A stretch of DNA of 64,000 nucleotides, taken from positions 17,685-81,684 of the IMG/VR virus record IMGVR_UViG_2844496579_000002; one strand, given 5' to 3'. Under the pieces are notes generated by a model, which saw only the letters and a program-made list of their open reading frames with translations, was not told where the DNA came from and ran no database searches. Origin of the DNA: a virus. Its lineage: Duplodnaviria > Caudoviricetes. Both the position numbers and the translations under genes were made by a program. Of the stretch, positions 36,425 through 44,374 are shown piece after piece; position 1 is the stretch's first letter; each line of letters begins with the position of its first letter.

Positions 36425-36717
36425 TGGGCACCTCGCTCGTCGCGCAGCATGTCGGCGTGGTCGCATTCGGCGCGCTCTCGCTCGTACCGCAGTTGGAGCC
36501 AGCAGGCATCCACTATGTCGGCGGCGTGGTAATCGCCATCGAATTCGTAGCTGTCGGTACCGATCACGATGACGATGTGTTCGACGGTGATGCTATGGGC
36601 CACACCGACCGATGGATCAGCCTTGTGGTACTCGAACTCGATCGAGATCAAACCTTCCACCGTGCAGCCACCGGGGCCGGTGAACTCGGCTACTTGATTG
36701 AAACGGTGTCCGCTCAT
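36421..36717 (-). CDS. Hypothetical protein
   Basis: Coupled ORF. Confidence 0.62.
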   Translation of the reverse strand: MSGHRFNQVAEFTGPGGCTVEGLISIEFEYHKADPSVGVAHSITVEHIVIVIGTDSYEFDGDYHAADIVDACWLQLRYERERAECDHADMLRDERGAQ

Positions 36718-37283
36718 GCTTCACCTCGCGCGGCCAGCAGGCGGGCGCGGATTTTGTCCGCGTCTTCCTTGTCCGTGATGACGAACTGGTGCTTGGCGGC
36801 CTCGGCCTTCCAGTACTGTTCAACCTTCAGGCCGGGCTGCACCATGCGGTCGTACGCGTAGTTGCCGGTGATCCGGGCGATTTCCGGGCGCTGGATGAAG
36901 ATGTCCCACTTCGCCACCAAGAACGGGCCTTTGCCGTTGGCAATCGCATCGCTGACCAGCGAGGGCTGCGGGGCGAGCGTCCATTCGGTGCGCGGCGACG
37001 GCTCAAACGTCTGCTTGCCGGCCTCTTCCCAGCCTTCCAGCACCGTGCCATCCGAATTGCCGTCGCGGACGATGAAGGCGAATTCACGATCGCCAAAAGT
37101 CAGGACGCCTTCGGCGCGCACATTGATGGCGTCGATGCGGTCCCGGCTCAGGATGCTGACGTGCTGCGGGTGGTAGTCGTCACCGCATTGCGCGGTTTCG
37201 CAGATCATTTGCATCACGTCGTCGCGATCCTCGGCGGGAATGTCTCGTTCGAACGCCGCGTCTACGGTCAGAACTTCGCTCAT
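36714..37283 (-). CDS. Hypothetical protein
   Basis: Coupled ORF, GGAG RBS. Confidence 0.68.
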   Translation of the reverse strand: MSEVLTVDAAFERDIPAEDRDDVMQMICETAQCGDDYHPQHVSILSRDRIDAINVRAEGVLTFGDREFAFIVRDGNSDGTVLEGWEEAGKQTFEPSPRTEWTLAPQPSLVSDAIANGKGPFLVAKWDIFIQRPEIARITGNYAYDRMVQPGLKVEQYWKAEAAKHQFVITDKEDADKIRARLLAARGEA

Positions 37284-37393
37284 GCTTCGCTCCACGGATC
37301 AAAGCGGACGTACAGGCGCGAGAAGAAGTCGCCCACACGGCCCAAGGGGTAAGCGGCGATCAGGCCGCACAGGATGAAGAGAGGCAGGCTCAC
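37280..37393 (-). CDS. Small hydrophobic peptide
   Basis: 37 aa, coupled at both ends by 4-nt overlaps. Confidence 0.5.
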   Translation of the reverse strand: MSLPLFILCGLIAAYPLGRVGDFFSRLYVRFDPWSEA

Positions 37394-37746
37394 CACGCCT
37401 CCCGCTGGAACGTCACGCGCAGGCGCATTTCGGGGTCTTCGATACCCGAAGCCAGCGTTTCCACGTAGTGGGTGCTGGCCCCGCGCAGAAACTTGGCGAA
37501 CAGTTCGCCGATCCGGCCGTGCGTCTCACCACTGGCAAAGGCCTGCACCGCATCCTTGTAGGCCGCGACCAATTCGATATTGCCGATGCTGTCCTGATAG
37601 ATGGCGTTCGGAAGGTCTTCGGAACTTGGGCCGCTGGCGTACTGGAAGACCACATCCTTGCCATCGCGCAGCGCCAGGCGCATGTCCCATTCCAGATCCG
37701 AGCGCAGTTCCTGCTCGGGCGTCATCTTGCGTTGAGGGTTGGCCAT
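37390..37746 (-). CDS. Hypothetical protein
   Basis: ORF MANPQRKM... in operon. Confidence 0.62.
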   Translation of the reverse strand: MANPQRKMTPEQELRSDLEWDMRLALRDGKDVVFQYASGPSSEDLPNAIYQDSIGNIELVAAYKDAVQAFASGETHGRIGELFAKFLRGASTHYVETLASGIEDPEMRLRVTFQREAW

Positions 37747-37750
37747 GGCA

Positions 37751-38017
37751 TCAGTTCCGCGCGTCGCCAGCAGCAACCTGGTGCGCAACCTGCGCCGCCA
37801 GATTCCCGTAGTGCGTGGCCGGATCGTCGGCAGTCTTGATCGTCGCGATGTCGACGACGGCCGTGCGGACCTCTTCCTGCCACAGGTACGAAGGCGTGTC
37901 TTCGTACTTGGCCAGCACGCGGGCGTCAGCTTCCGATTCCGCGTGGACCGTGACGGTCTGCTCACTGATGCGGGTCTCGGTCCGGCGCATCACGACTTGG
38001 TAAGGCTTGCGGTTCAT
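37751..38017 (-). CDS. Hypothetical protein
   Basis: AGGAG RBS. Confidence 0.65.
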   Translation of the reverse strand: MNRKPYQVVMRRTETRISEQTVTVHAESEADARVLAKYEDTPSYLWQEEVRTAVVDIATIKTADDPATHYGNLAAQVAHQVAAGDARN

Positions 38018-38052
38018 GGTGGTCTCCTAGCCCCTACCGGGGCGGGTGGGGG

Positions 38053-38253
38053 TTAGGCGGGGAAGGCGGGGCGCAGGTCACGCGGGCGATACGCCTTGGA
38101 CTGGCCGCAGTAGGCACGGCGAGCGTAGAGCAGTGCGCCTTCGGCATTCCAGCCATCAGCGCGCAACGACAGATACACGTTTGCGCTGAAGGCGTGGCCG
38201 CGAGATTCCGCCAGACGGTAGACGCGGCGGCAGAGTTTCAGGCTTGCGGACAT
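38053..38253 (-). CDS. First PL-operon protein, hypothetical
   Basis: AGGGAG RBS after the leader hairpin. Confidence 0.62.
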   Translation of the reverse strand: MSASLKLCRRVYRLAESRGHAFSANVYLSLRADGWNAEGALLYARRAYCGQSKAYRPRDLRPAFPA

Positions 38254-38299
38254 CTGGTTCTCCCTGGTTGCTCACGGGTTGTGAGTGCATGGGAGAAAG

Positions 38300-38340
38300 A
38301 TTACCCGTAGGTAATTATTACTTCAATACCTATGGGTAAT
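38300..38340 (-). promoter_or_regulatory. OL operators / PL of prophage 2
   Basis: ATTACCCGTAGGTAAT (38300-38315) and AATACCTATGGGTAAT (38325-38340); consensus TTACC-N4-GGTAA. Confidence 0.82.
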
Positions 38341-38397
38341 CTTTTTTGTAACAGACGAAAAAAATCCGCCCGGAGGCGGAAGGGTGAGGCGAGTGTC

Positions 38398-38904
38398 CTA
38401 TTTTTTTCTTATCGACTCACGAATGGTTGTCTGAATCGAGTCCGCCACGCGCTTATCGGTGAACGTCTTTATGCACTTAAGTGCCGAGAACCGTTCTTGG
38501 GCGAATGTAGCCATCGCTTGGATCTGTTCAGGCCCGACTTTTTCGACCTGTTTTCCCTGCCGAGCTCTTAAGCTGGCAAGAAATTCCCCATGTCCAAACG
38601 CAATCAGGCTCCGCACGTCGGCGGTCTGCATTCCAGCGTCTGTCATTACATCAATCTGCCCCAAAAGAAACGTATGCGCTTCTTCGTCATTTTGCGTCGC
38701 GCCGAGTGAGGATGCATACAGGCAGGCGGGGTACTGAATAGGCAAAAGCAAATGCAGGCGCGTGTCGACCGGTAACCCTGAAAGTACCGGGGCGCGTGCT
38801 TTCGCTCGCTCAATGATCGGTTGAAGGCTTTGCGAAACAGGCTGATCCGCGTGGGCAGTGCCCAGGACTGTTGCAGCCATCAAAAATGCAAGCAGATTTC
38901 TCAT
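38398..38904 (-). CDS. Exported protein downstream of the repressor (possible superinfection exclusion)
   Basis: Signal peptide MRNLLAFLMAATVLGTAHA|D. Confidence 0.72.
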   Translation of the reverse strand: MRNLLAFLMAATVLGTAHADQPVSQSLQPIIERAKARAPVLSGLPVDTRLHLLLPIQYPACLYASSLGATQNDEEAHTFLLGQIDVMTDAGMQTADVRSLIAFGHGEFLASLRARQGKQVEKVGPEQIQAMATFAQERFSALKCIKTFTDKRVADSIQTTIRESIRKK

Positions 38905-38963
38905 TACGGAAAGATCACCTAATAAATTTGCCACAGGACCATACAAGGGTAACTTGCCGCGGG

Positions 38964-39341
38964 TCAGGCGGCCTTTTCGTCTCCGGGGCTTTTTACACTC
39001 GGGATGTCCTCATACGCGGCTACTTGGCGCGCTACCCACTGCTCTATGCCTCGGCGTTGTTCCGGGGTAAGTGCTTCGAAAGAAGCGCGATCAACTGAAC
39101 TGAACGGCCAAGCGCCAAGAGCATCGAGGCCATCAAACCAGTATGGCGGCAGTTCGAGTGAGACCTCGAATTCGCGCGCCATTTCTTCGCCGAGTTTCTT
39201 TGATCCATTGAGGACGCGCGAAACGTAGTTCGCGGGCTTGCCAACGGCCGCCGCGATAGCAGCTTGCTTTCCCCCGAAACGGCTTTCCATGAGGCTGCGA
39301 AAGCGCTCAAGCCGCTGGGCATAAATGTCATCCATCTTCAT
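38964..39341 (-). CDS. cI: CI-like repressor (HTH, no S24 peptidase domain)
   Basis: QAAIAAAVGKPANYVSRVLNG..KLGEEMAREFE..L.LP..W.D. Confidence 0.85.
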   Translation of the reverse strand: MKMDDIYAQRLERFRSLMESRFGGKQAAIAAAVGKPANYVSRVLNGSKKLGEEMAREFEVSLELPPYWFDGLDALGAWPFSSVDRASFEALTPEQRRGIEQWVARQVAAYEDIPSVKSPGDEKAA

Positions 39342-39364
39342 GGGCACGAGTGTTGCCTGCTGCG

Positions 39365-39431
39365 CTCCCGTGGGTAAACCACCCGCAGGTAAAGATTTCT
39401 CTTGCGTTTCATGATTACCTACAGGTAAAGT
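39365..39431 (+). promoter_or_regulatory. OR operators and PR of prophage 2
   Basis: Three CC-N4-GGTAAA sites (best ATTACCTACAGGTAAA 39414-39429); TTGCGT-18nt-TAAAGT; ATG 7 nt downstream. Confidence 0.78.
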
Positions 39432-39438
39432 TTTACGC

Positions 39439-39714
39439 ATGAGCACAGATCCCCATACCCACACCCGCGTCCCCGTCGAGCCGCTTCTCCAGTGGCTGCG
39501 GGAAACCCCAAAAGCTGAAGCGCAAGCGCGCTGCGCCCAGCGCGGCACGTCGATCGGCTACCTGCGACAGATCGCCTACGGCTACAAGCTGGCCGGTCTG
39601 AACGGTGCCGATATCGAGCTGATTACCGATGGCCGTTGCCGTCGCCAAGACTTGCGGCCCGACGATTTCGCCCGAATCTGGCCGGAATTGGCGCCAGCGC
39701 AGGAAGCAGCATGA
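39439..39714 (+). CDS. cro: Cro/YdaS-family regulator
   Basis: GTSIGYLRQIAYG...DLRPDD..RIWPELA. Confidence 0.85.
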   Translation: MSTDPHTHTRVPVEPLLQWLRETPKAEAQARCAQRGTSIGYLRQIAYGYKLAGLNGADIELITDGRCRRQDLRPDDFARIWPELAPAQEAA

Positions 39715-39745
39715 AGGCGCCGCGAGAAAGTAGAGGGGGTGGGTG

Positions 39746-40084
39746 ATGTCCATTCCTGAATCTTCCGCCGCCGTATCCGCACGCGCACGCAGGATCGAAC
39801 AGATCATCCTGCAACGCCTTGCGAGCGTGGGACACGCGCATGCAGCCGCATGCGTAGGGCTCGATGAGTCTGCGATCAGCCGGTGGAAGGACAAGAAGAC
39901 AGACGGCCGGCCGGGCGAGATTGAGCGCATGGCGCTGTTCCTCGCGTCGCTGAGCCTGAAGGCGACCCCCCAGGAATACAAGTGCTACGACGAGGCGACA
40001 TTGGCCGCGATGCTGACCTTTGCAAAGCAGCGCATGGACCAAATCCAGGGCGTCGGGCACCTCGCTTTTGAGGACGACGAGTGA
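39746..40084 (+). CDS. cII: CII-family activator
   Basis: AR.IE..IL.RLA..G....A..VGLDES.ISRWK, lambda CII-like. Confidence 0.8.
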   Translation: MSIPESSAAVSARARRIEQIILQRLASVGHAHAAACVGLDESAISRWKDKKTDGRPGEIERMALFLASLSLKATPQEYKCYDEATLAAMLTFAKQRMDQIQGVGHLAFEDDE

Positions 40085-40314
40085 TGGGAAGCGCAACCCG
40101 ACGCAGGACCGGCCCTGTCTGCTTGCTTGCCGTGCAGCTCTGCAAGAACCCCGATTTCCTGGCCTTTTGCAGCGCCCGCAGCGCTGACGAAGCCGCCGAC
40201 TACATCCGCCGCGTGTGCCGTGTTGGGTCGCGCGCCGAGCTTGATCACAACCCAGATGCGGCCAACGCGTTCCATGAACTGGTGCGCAAGCCTTTCGCTT
40301 ACAGGAGGGCGTGA
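40081..40314 (+). CDS. Hypothetical phage protein
   Basis: IR..C.V.SRAELD.N..AA..F..LVRKP pattern. Confidence 0.68.
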   Translation: MMGSATRRRTGPVCLLAVQLCKNPDFLAFCSARSADEAADYIRRVCRVGSRAELDHNPDAANAFHELVRKPFAYRRA

Positions 40315-40316
40315 TC

Positions 40317-41218
40317 GTGGCCCGAATCCGTACCGTAAAACCCGAGTTCTGGACCAGCGAACAGGTCATGAACTGCTCGCCGACTGCTCGCCTCCTGTTC
40401 ATTGGGCTGTGGAACTTCTGCGACGACGCCGGCAATCACGTTGCAAGCCCGAAGACCATCAAGGCCAATGTGTTCCCCGGAGACGATATTTCGTCGGCAG
40501 ATGTTCAGCGACTACTCGACGAGCTATCGTCGAATGAGCTAATCGCCTATTACTCCCATGAAAACAAGGACTTCCTGCACGTAACTGGCTGGCATCACCA
40601 GAAGATCGACAAGCCGACGTACAAGCATCCGGCCTTTTCCACAGAGAAATTGACACCCCCTCGTCGAACGCTCGCCGACTCCTCACCCCGGAAGGGAATG
40701 GAATGGAAGGGAATGGAATAGGAAGGGAAGATATCTCTCCAACACTGTCTCAAGAGCAAACAGCGCACGAGAGCGATTTTCCGGCTGAAGCTGGATACCT
40801 GCCCAACCCAACGCCCTACGGCCTGCTGGCCAAGCTGCTGCGCAGCAAGGGCATCGACGTCGCACCAGGCCGCCCGGACTTCCGGGAATGGGTCGAAAAA
40901 GGCCTGACCGAGGACGAAGCGCTGGCCGCCGTCGAAGCCGCCCGTCAGTCCAAGCCCGCCCCGGAGCCGATCCCCTGGCCGTACCTGGTCAAGGTCCTGA
41001 CGACCATGCGCACCGCCGCCGACAACGTGCCGGACAAGCCGAAGCCGGGCGCCGCCCCGAAGCAGGACCAGGACCGCTGGTGGATGTCGAACGGCGGCAT
41101 CGATCGCAAAGGCCGTGAAATCGGACTCTTCGCCCGTGGTGGCGAGGACTATCCGGCGTTCAAAGACCGCATCTTCGAAGCCCTGCGCCAACGCGGCGCA
41201 CAGGAGCAAGCCGCATGA
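40317..41218 (+). pseudogene. Replication initiator split by an apparent 1-nt frameshift near 40686-40689
   Basis: ARIRTVKPEFW..ARLLFIGLWNFCDDAG N-terminus stops at 40721; the other frame reads PEGNGMEGNG... to 41218. Confidence 0.7.
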
Positions 41219-41697
41219 GCTACGCCAACGATGCCGCCCTCGTCTCGGGTCAAGCGCCAGGACATAACCCCCGCTTGTGCTGCGTCCGAGGCTGCATGCT
41301 GCCCGGATCCATCGCGGATAGCACCACGGGGTCATGCGACTGGTTTTGCCACCTGCACCACGGCGTGCCATACGCCGAGCAGGCGGGAATCACCACCCGG
41401 ATGCACAACCGGCGCAACCTGTTCATCCTCGCCGGACGGCTGAAAAACGCCTACCCCGGCCAGCCCGTGCCGCAGGACGTGCTTGCGTGGCTGCGCCGGC
41501 ACGACCGCAACGACTTCGCCGACGCCTACGTCAATTCAAAACGCAAGACTGCCCAATCCCTGGGCGACGCCATGCTGCGCACGCTGGTCGCCGAATGCGC
41601 CACGTCGCAGAACCGCCTTACCGACCCTGACCAAAAATCCAAGGCCGCCCGCGAAAGCTGGCACAAGGCCGTTGACCTCGTGGGTGACCTCGCATGA
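41215..41697 (+). CDS. Hypothetical Cys/His-containing protein
   Basis: CCVRGC...WFCHLH; coupled. Confidence 0.7.
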   Translation: MSYANDAALVSGQAPGHNPRLCCVRGCMLPGSIADSTTGSCDWFCHLHHGVPYAEQAGITTRMHNRRNLFILAGRLKNAYPGQPVPQDVLAWLRRHDRNDFADAYVNSKRKTAQSLGDAMLRTLVAECATSQNRLTDPDQKSKAARESWHKAVDLVGDLA

Positions 41698-42422
41698 ACG
41701 ACACCATCCTTTCCATGCCCGAGCTGGAGGCGTATGAGCCCTTTGCGGGCACTGCGCACTCGCCGTCTGTCGCGCGCGCGCACGTTTCGCGCCGCACCGT
41801 GACGCCGTGCATAACCTGCGCCATGCGTGGGCTGCGCGAGGATTGCCTCTCGTGTGCATTCTTCGAAGCTGACGCCCAGGTGCGCCGGGAAGCTCCACCC
41901 CTGGGCCTGGATTCTGGCCAAGCCGGCCTGTTCGCCCCTGAGACGCCCGCGCCGGCGATCAACATCGGCATCCTGGCGCTGGACCTGGGCACGAAGACGG
42001 GCTACGCGGTGCGCAAGCGTGACGGCAAGGTGGTGCACGGCACGCAGAGCTTTGCGCCGCGCAAGTCTTGGACGGATGGCCAGCGCTGGCTGCGGTTTCA
42101 GTCCTGGCTTGGCCAGCTGCTGGACCTTCACCAGGTGGGCCGTATCGCCTACGAACACGTCAGCTTTCACGCCGGCGTCCGCGATGCGCACTGCTACGGC
42201 GCTTTCCGCGCCCTCGTGGAAATGGCCGCCGACCGCCGCAACATCGAGCTGGTGGGCACGAACGTCCAGACCGTGAAAAAGCACTGGACGGGGAAGGGCG
42301 GGGCGGACAAGGCCACGATGATCGCGCAGGCGCGCGCCAGGGGGTTCCGTCCGGAGACGGACAACGATGCGGATGCATTGGCCGTGCTGGATTGGGCGGT
42401 CGCACAGGAGCGTGCAGCATGA
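41694..42422 (+). CDS. RuvC-like Holliday junction resolvase
   Basis: ILALDLGTKTG, AYE, VKKHWTGKG.ADK..M, DN.ADALA. Confidence 0.85.
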   Translation: MNDTILSMPELEAYEPFAGTAHSPSVARAHVSRRTVTPCITCAMRGLREDCLSCAFFEADAQVRREAPPLGLDSGQAGLFAPETPAPAINIGILALDLGTKTGYAVRKRDGKVVHGTQSFAPRKSWTDGQRWLRFQSWLGQLLDLHQVGRIAYEHVSFHAGVRDAHCYGAFRALVEMAADRRNIELVGTNVQTVKKHWTGKGGADKATMIAQARARGFRPETDNDADALAVLDWAVAQERAA

Positions 42423-42802
42423 TTCAACGACTGAAACTGGCCTTGAAGGCCGCCGCCTACATCCTGCGCCATGGCGCCGCTGGTGCTGATGCGCCGGCAA
42501 TGACCGTCTTTCGAGTCCGCGCAGAGGGCGGGGCGTGGTCGTCCTGGTCCAGCGATCCGCGTACCGTCCATGCGGCAATTGATGCCGGGGCACAGCACGA
42601 GTACCGCGAGTTGTTCGTGCTGCCGCCGCGTGGGGTGATTCCTGTTGTCGGCCGCGTGATTGATGGCGGTGTGCGGCTGAACCAGCATGGCAAGAAACTG
42701 CCGTCAGGAACCGCGCTATTCGGCACGCCTTACCCCGCGACCCGCGAGGAGAAGGAGACGCACGATTTCATGGAATCCAAAGTTCGGGGGAAGTCAGCAT
42801 GA
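42419..42802 (+). CDS. Hypothetical protein
   Basis: ATGA-coupled ORF. Confidence 0.6.
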   Translation: MIQRLKLALKAAAYILRHGAAGADAPAMTVFRVRAEGGAWSSWSSDPRTVHAAIDAGAQHEYRELFVLPPRGVIPVVGRVIDGGVRLNQHGKKLPSGTALFGTPYPATREEKETHDFMESKVRGKSA

Positions 42803-42933
42803 ACGGCTGGTGGATCGTCCTTGGCGGCCTGGGCTTTCTGGCGGCATGCGTGTGCCTCGCCATGTGGGGGCTGAAATCGGCATACCGGCGCGAAGCCGAA
42901 GAACACGGAGATAAAGATGGCCCGAACCCCTGA
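42799..42933 (+). CDS. Small membrane peptide
   Basis: MNGWWIVLGGLGFLAACVCLAMW, coupled. Confidence 0.5.
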   Translation: MNGWWIVLGGLGFLAACVCLAMWGLKSAYRREAEEHGDKDGPNP

Positions 42934-43282
42934 CGAAAACATCATCGCCCGCAAGGCGCGCAACGAATGTGCCCGAAAGCTGCGCCGCCTGGGCTACCGC
43001 TTCGCCAAGGAAGCCGCAACCGAAGCCGAAATCGTCGCGGCCATCCACCGGAACACGGCCTGGCCACGGCCTGATCGCGGCGACGCCATCAGCTACCTGC
43101 AACGGTTCGCCAGCATGCCCGACGGTGTGCCCGCACCCAGCCGCCAGCACGACGCCCTGCACGCGCCGGTCTACACGCCGGACCGCTGGATCCGCGCTGC
43201 TGCCGCCCGTGCAGCCCAGGCCCAGCGGCCCCTGGTCCACGCCGTCAGCCGCGTCGAGAACCGGGGAGGGACCGAACCATGA
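42917..43282 (+). CDS. Hypothetical protein
   Basis: GGAG RBS, coupled to the next gene. Confidence 0.65.
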   Translation: MARTPDENIIARKARNECARKLRRLGYRFAKEAATEAEIVAAIHRNTAWPRPDRGDAISYLQRFASMPDGVPAPSRQHDALHAPVYTPDRWIRAAAARAAQAQRPLVHAVSRVENRGGTEP

Positions 43283-43548
43283 CGCCCATCACGCCCGCGC
43301 CGCCCATCGATTGGAACCGCGTGTTTCTCACCCTACGCGGGGAGGGGTACACCATGCACGACGTGGCGGCCTACACCGGGATACCCAGGGTGACCATGAT
43401 CGGATGGGCGCAGGGCTCGGAGCCTCGGCACCAGGACGGGGAAACCGTAATCCGGTTCTGGAGCGAGACCACGCAGTTGCCGCGTGAATCGCTTCCCACA
43501 CGTCGGAATGACGTTTTCTCCAGCAGGTTGGCTCAGTCCAGAGGCTAA
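43279..43548 (+). CDS. Small HTH protein, candidate late-gene activator
   Basis: IDW.RV...L...G.T..DVA..TGIPR.T..GW..GSEPRH.DGE; last early gene; its stop overlaps the late motif. Confidence 0.7.
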   Translation: MTPITPAPPIDWNRVFLTLRGEGYTMHDVAAYTGIPRVTMIGWAQGSEPRHQDGETVIRFWSETTQLPRESLPTRRNDVFSSRLAQSRG

Positions 43549-43584
43549 AAAGTCGGGATTCCGACCACAGCCGAGAACCACAAT
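43547..43584 (+). promoter_or_regulatory. Late promoter motif, copy 1
   Basis: AAAAAGTCGGGATTCCGAC-13nt-CACAAT. Confidence 0.75.
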
Positions 43585-43619
43585 CGGCTCCGATCTTCTG
43601 CCAACAGACGGAGCCAACC

Positions 43620-43997
43620 ATGACCCGCCGCAACCTGAATGTCCAGACCCCGGGCGAATCCGCCCCGGCCAGCCCCGCCAGCCAAGACGACAGCACCCAG
43701 ACCCCGGGCGAATCCGTAGCGGACACGAGCGCCGGCACTGACCAAGCTGCGGCGGATGCCTTGGCGGCGCAGGACGAACTGAAGCTTGCTCAGCAGCGTA
43801 TCCAGGAACAGGATGCGGAAATCGCGCTGTTGCGCGCCAGCCAGACCGCCGCGTCCGGCACTACCACCACCAAGCCTGGCGCGCCGCGCGACTACCGCCG
43901 CATGCGCGCCGAAGACATCGACGCCACCAAACTCACCGCGCCCGTGCTATCCGCCGATGGCTGGGTCGTGCCCAATCCGCCCGAGAAAAAGGCGTAG
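43620..43997 (+). CDS. First late-operon hypothetical protein
   Basis: GGAG RBS; QTPGES repeat; PVLSADGWVVP. Confidence 0.72.
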   Translation: MTRRNLNVQTPGESAPASPASQDDSTQTPGESVADTSAGTDQAAADALAAQDELKLAQQRIQEQDAEIALLRASQTAASGTTTTKPGAPRDYRRMRAEDIDATKLTAPVLSADGWVVPNPPEKKA

Positions 43998-43999
43998 CC

Positions 44000-44368
44000 A
44001 TGGGCAGCATCGGCAAGACGATCAAGAAGGTGGCGGGTGTCGTCAACAAGATCGATCCGATCGGCAAGGCCGTGGACAAGCAGCTCAACAAGGCCGGCTT
44101 GCCCACCGCCAGCGATTTCGGCGACATGCTCGGCGGTGCAGAGAAGCCGGATGCGCCGGATGCATCTACCGCTCAGGCCGATGCCACCAAGACCGTCGCG
44201 GATGAACAGCAGGCGTCTGAGAACGAGGCTGCTGCCCTGGCCAACGCCAAAGCGGCCGAGCGGGCGAAACAACGCCGCGCAGGCAGCCTGCTGGCCGGTG
44301 GTGCTCCCGCCAGCACCGCGCAAACATCATCGGTTCTCGCCTATGGCAAGGGCCGACTCGGGGAGTAA
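44000..44368 (+). CDS. Small pre-portal virion protein
   Basis: Ends ...SLL...GKGRLGE, typical of the gene before T7-type portals. Confidence 0.72.
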   Translation: MGSIGKTIKKVAGVVNKIDPIGKAVDKQLNKAGLPTASDFGDMLGGAEKPDAPDASTAQADATKTVADEQQASENEAAALANAKAAERAKQRRAGSLLAGGAPASTAQTSSVLAYGKGRLGE

Positions 44369-44374
44369 GCCGCC

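Noticed and set aside
43643-43716. 20-bp direct repeat CCAGACCCCGGGCGAATCCG
   Set aside because: In-frame QTPGES duplication in a low-complexity protein region; no other copies seen
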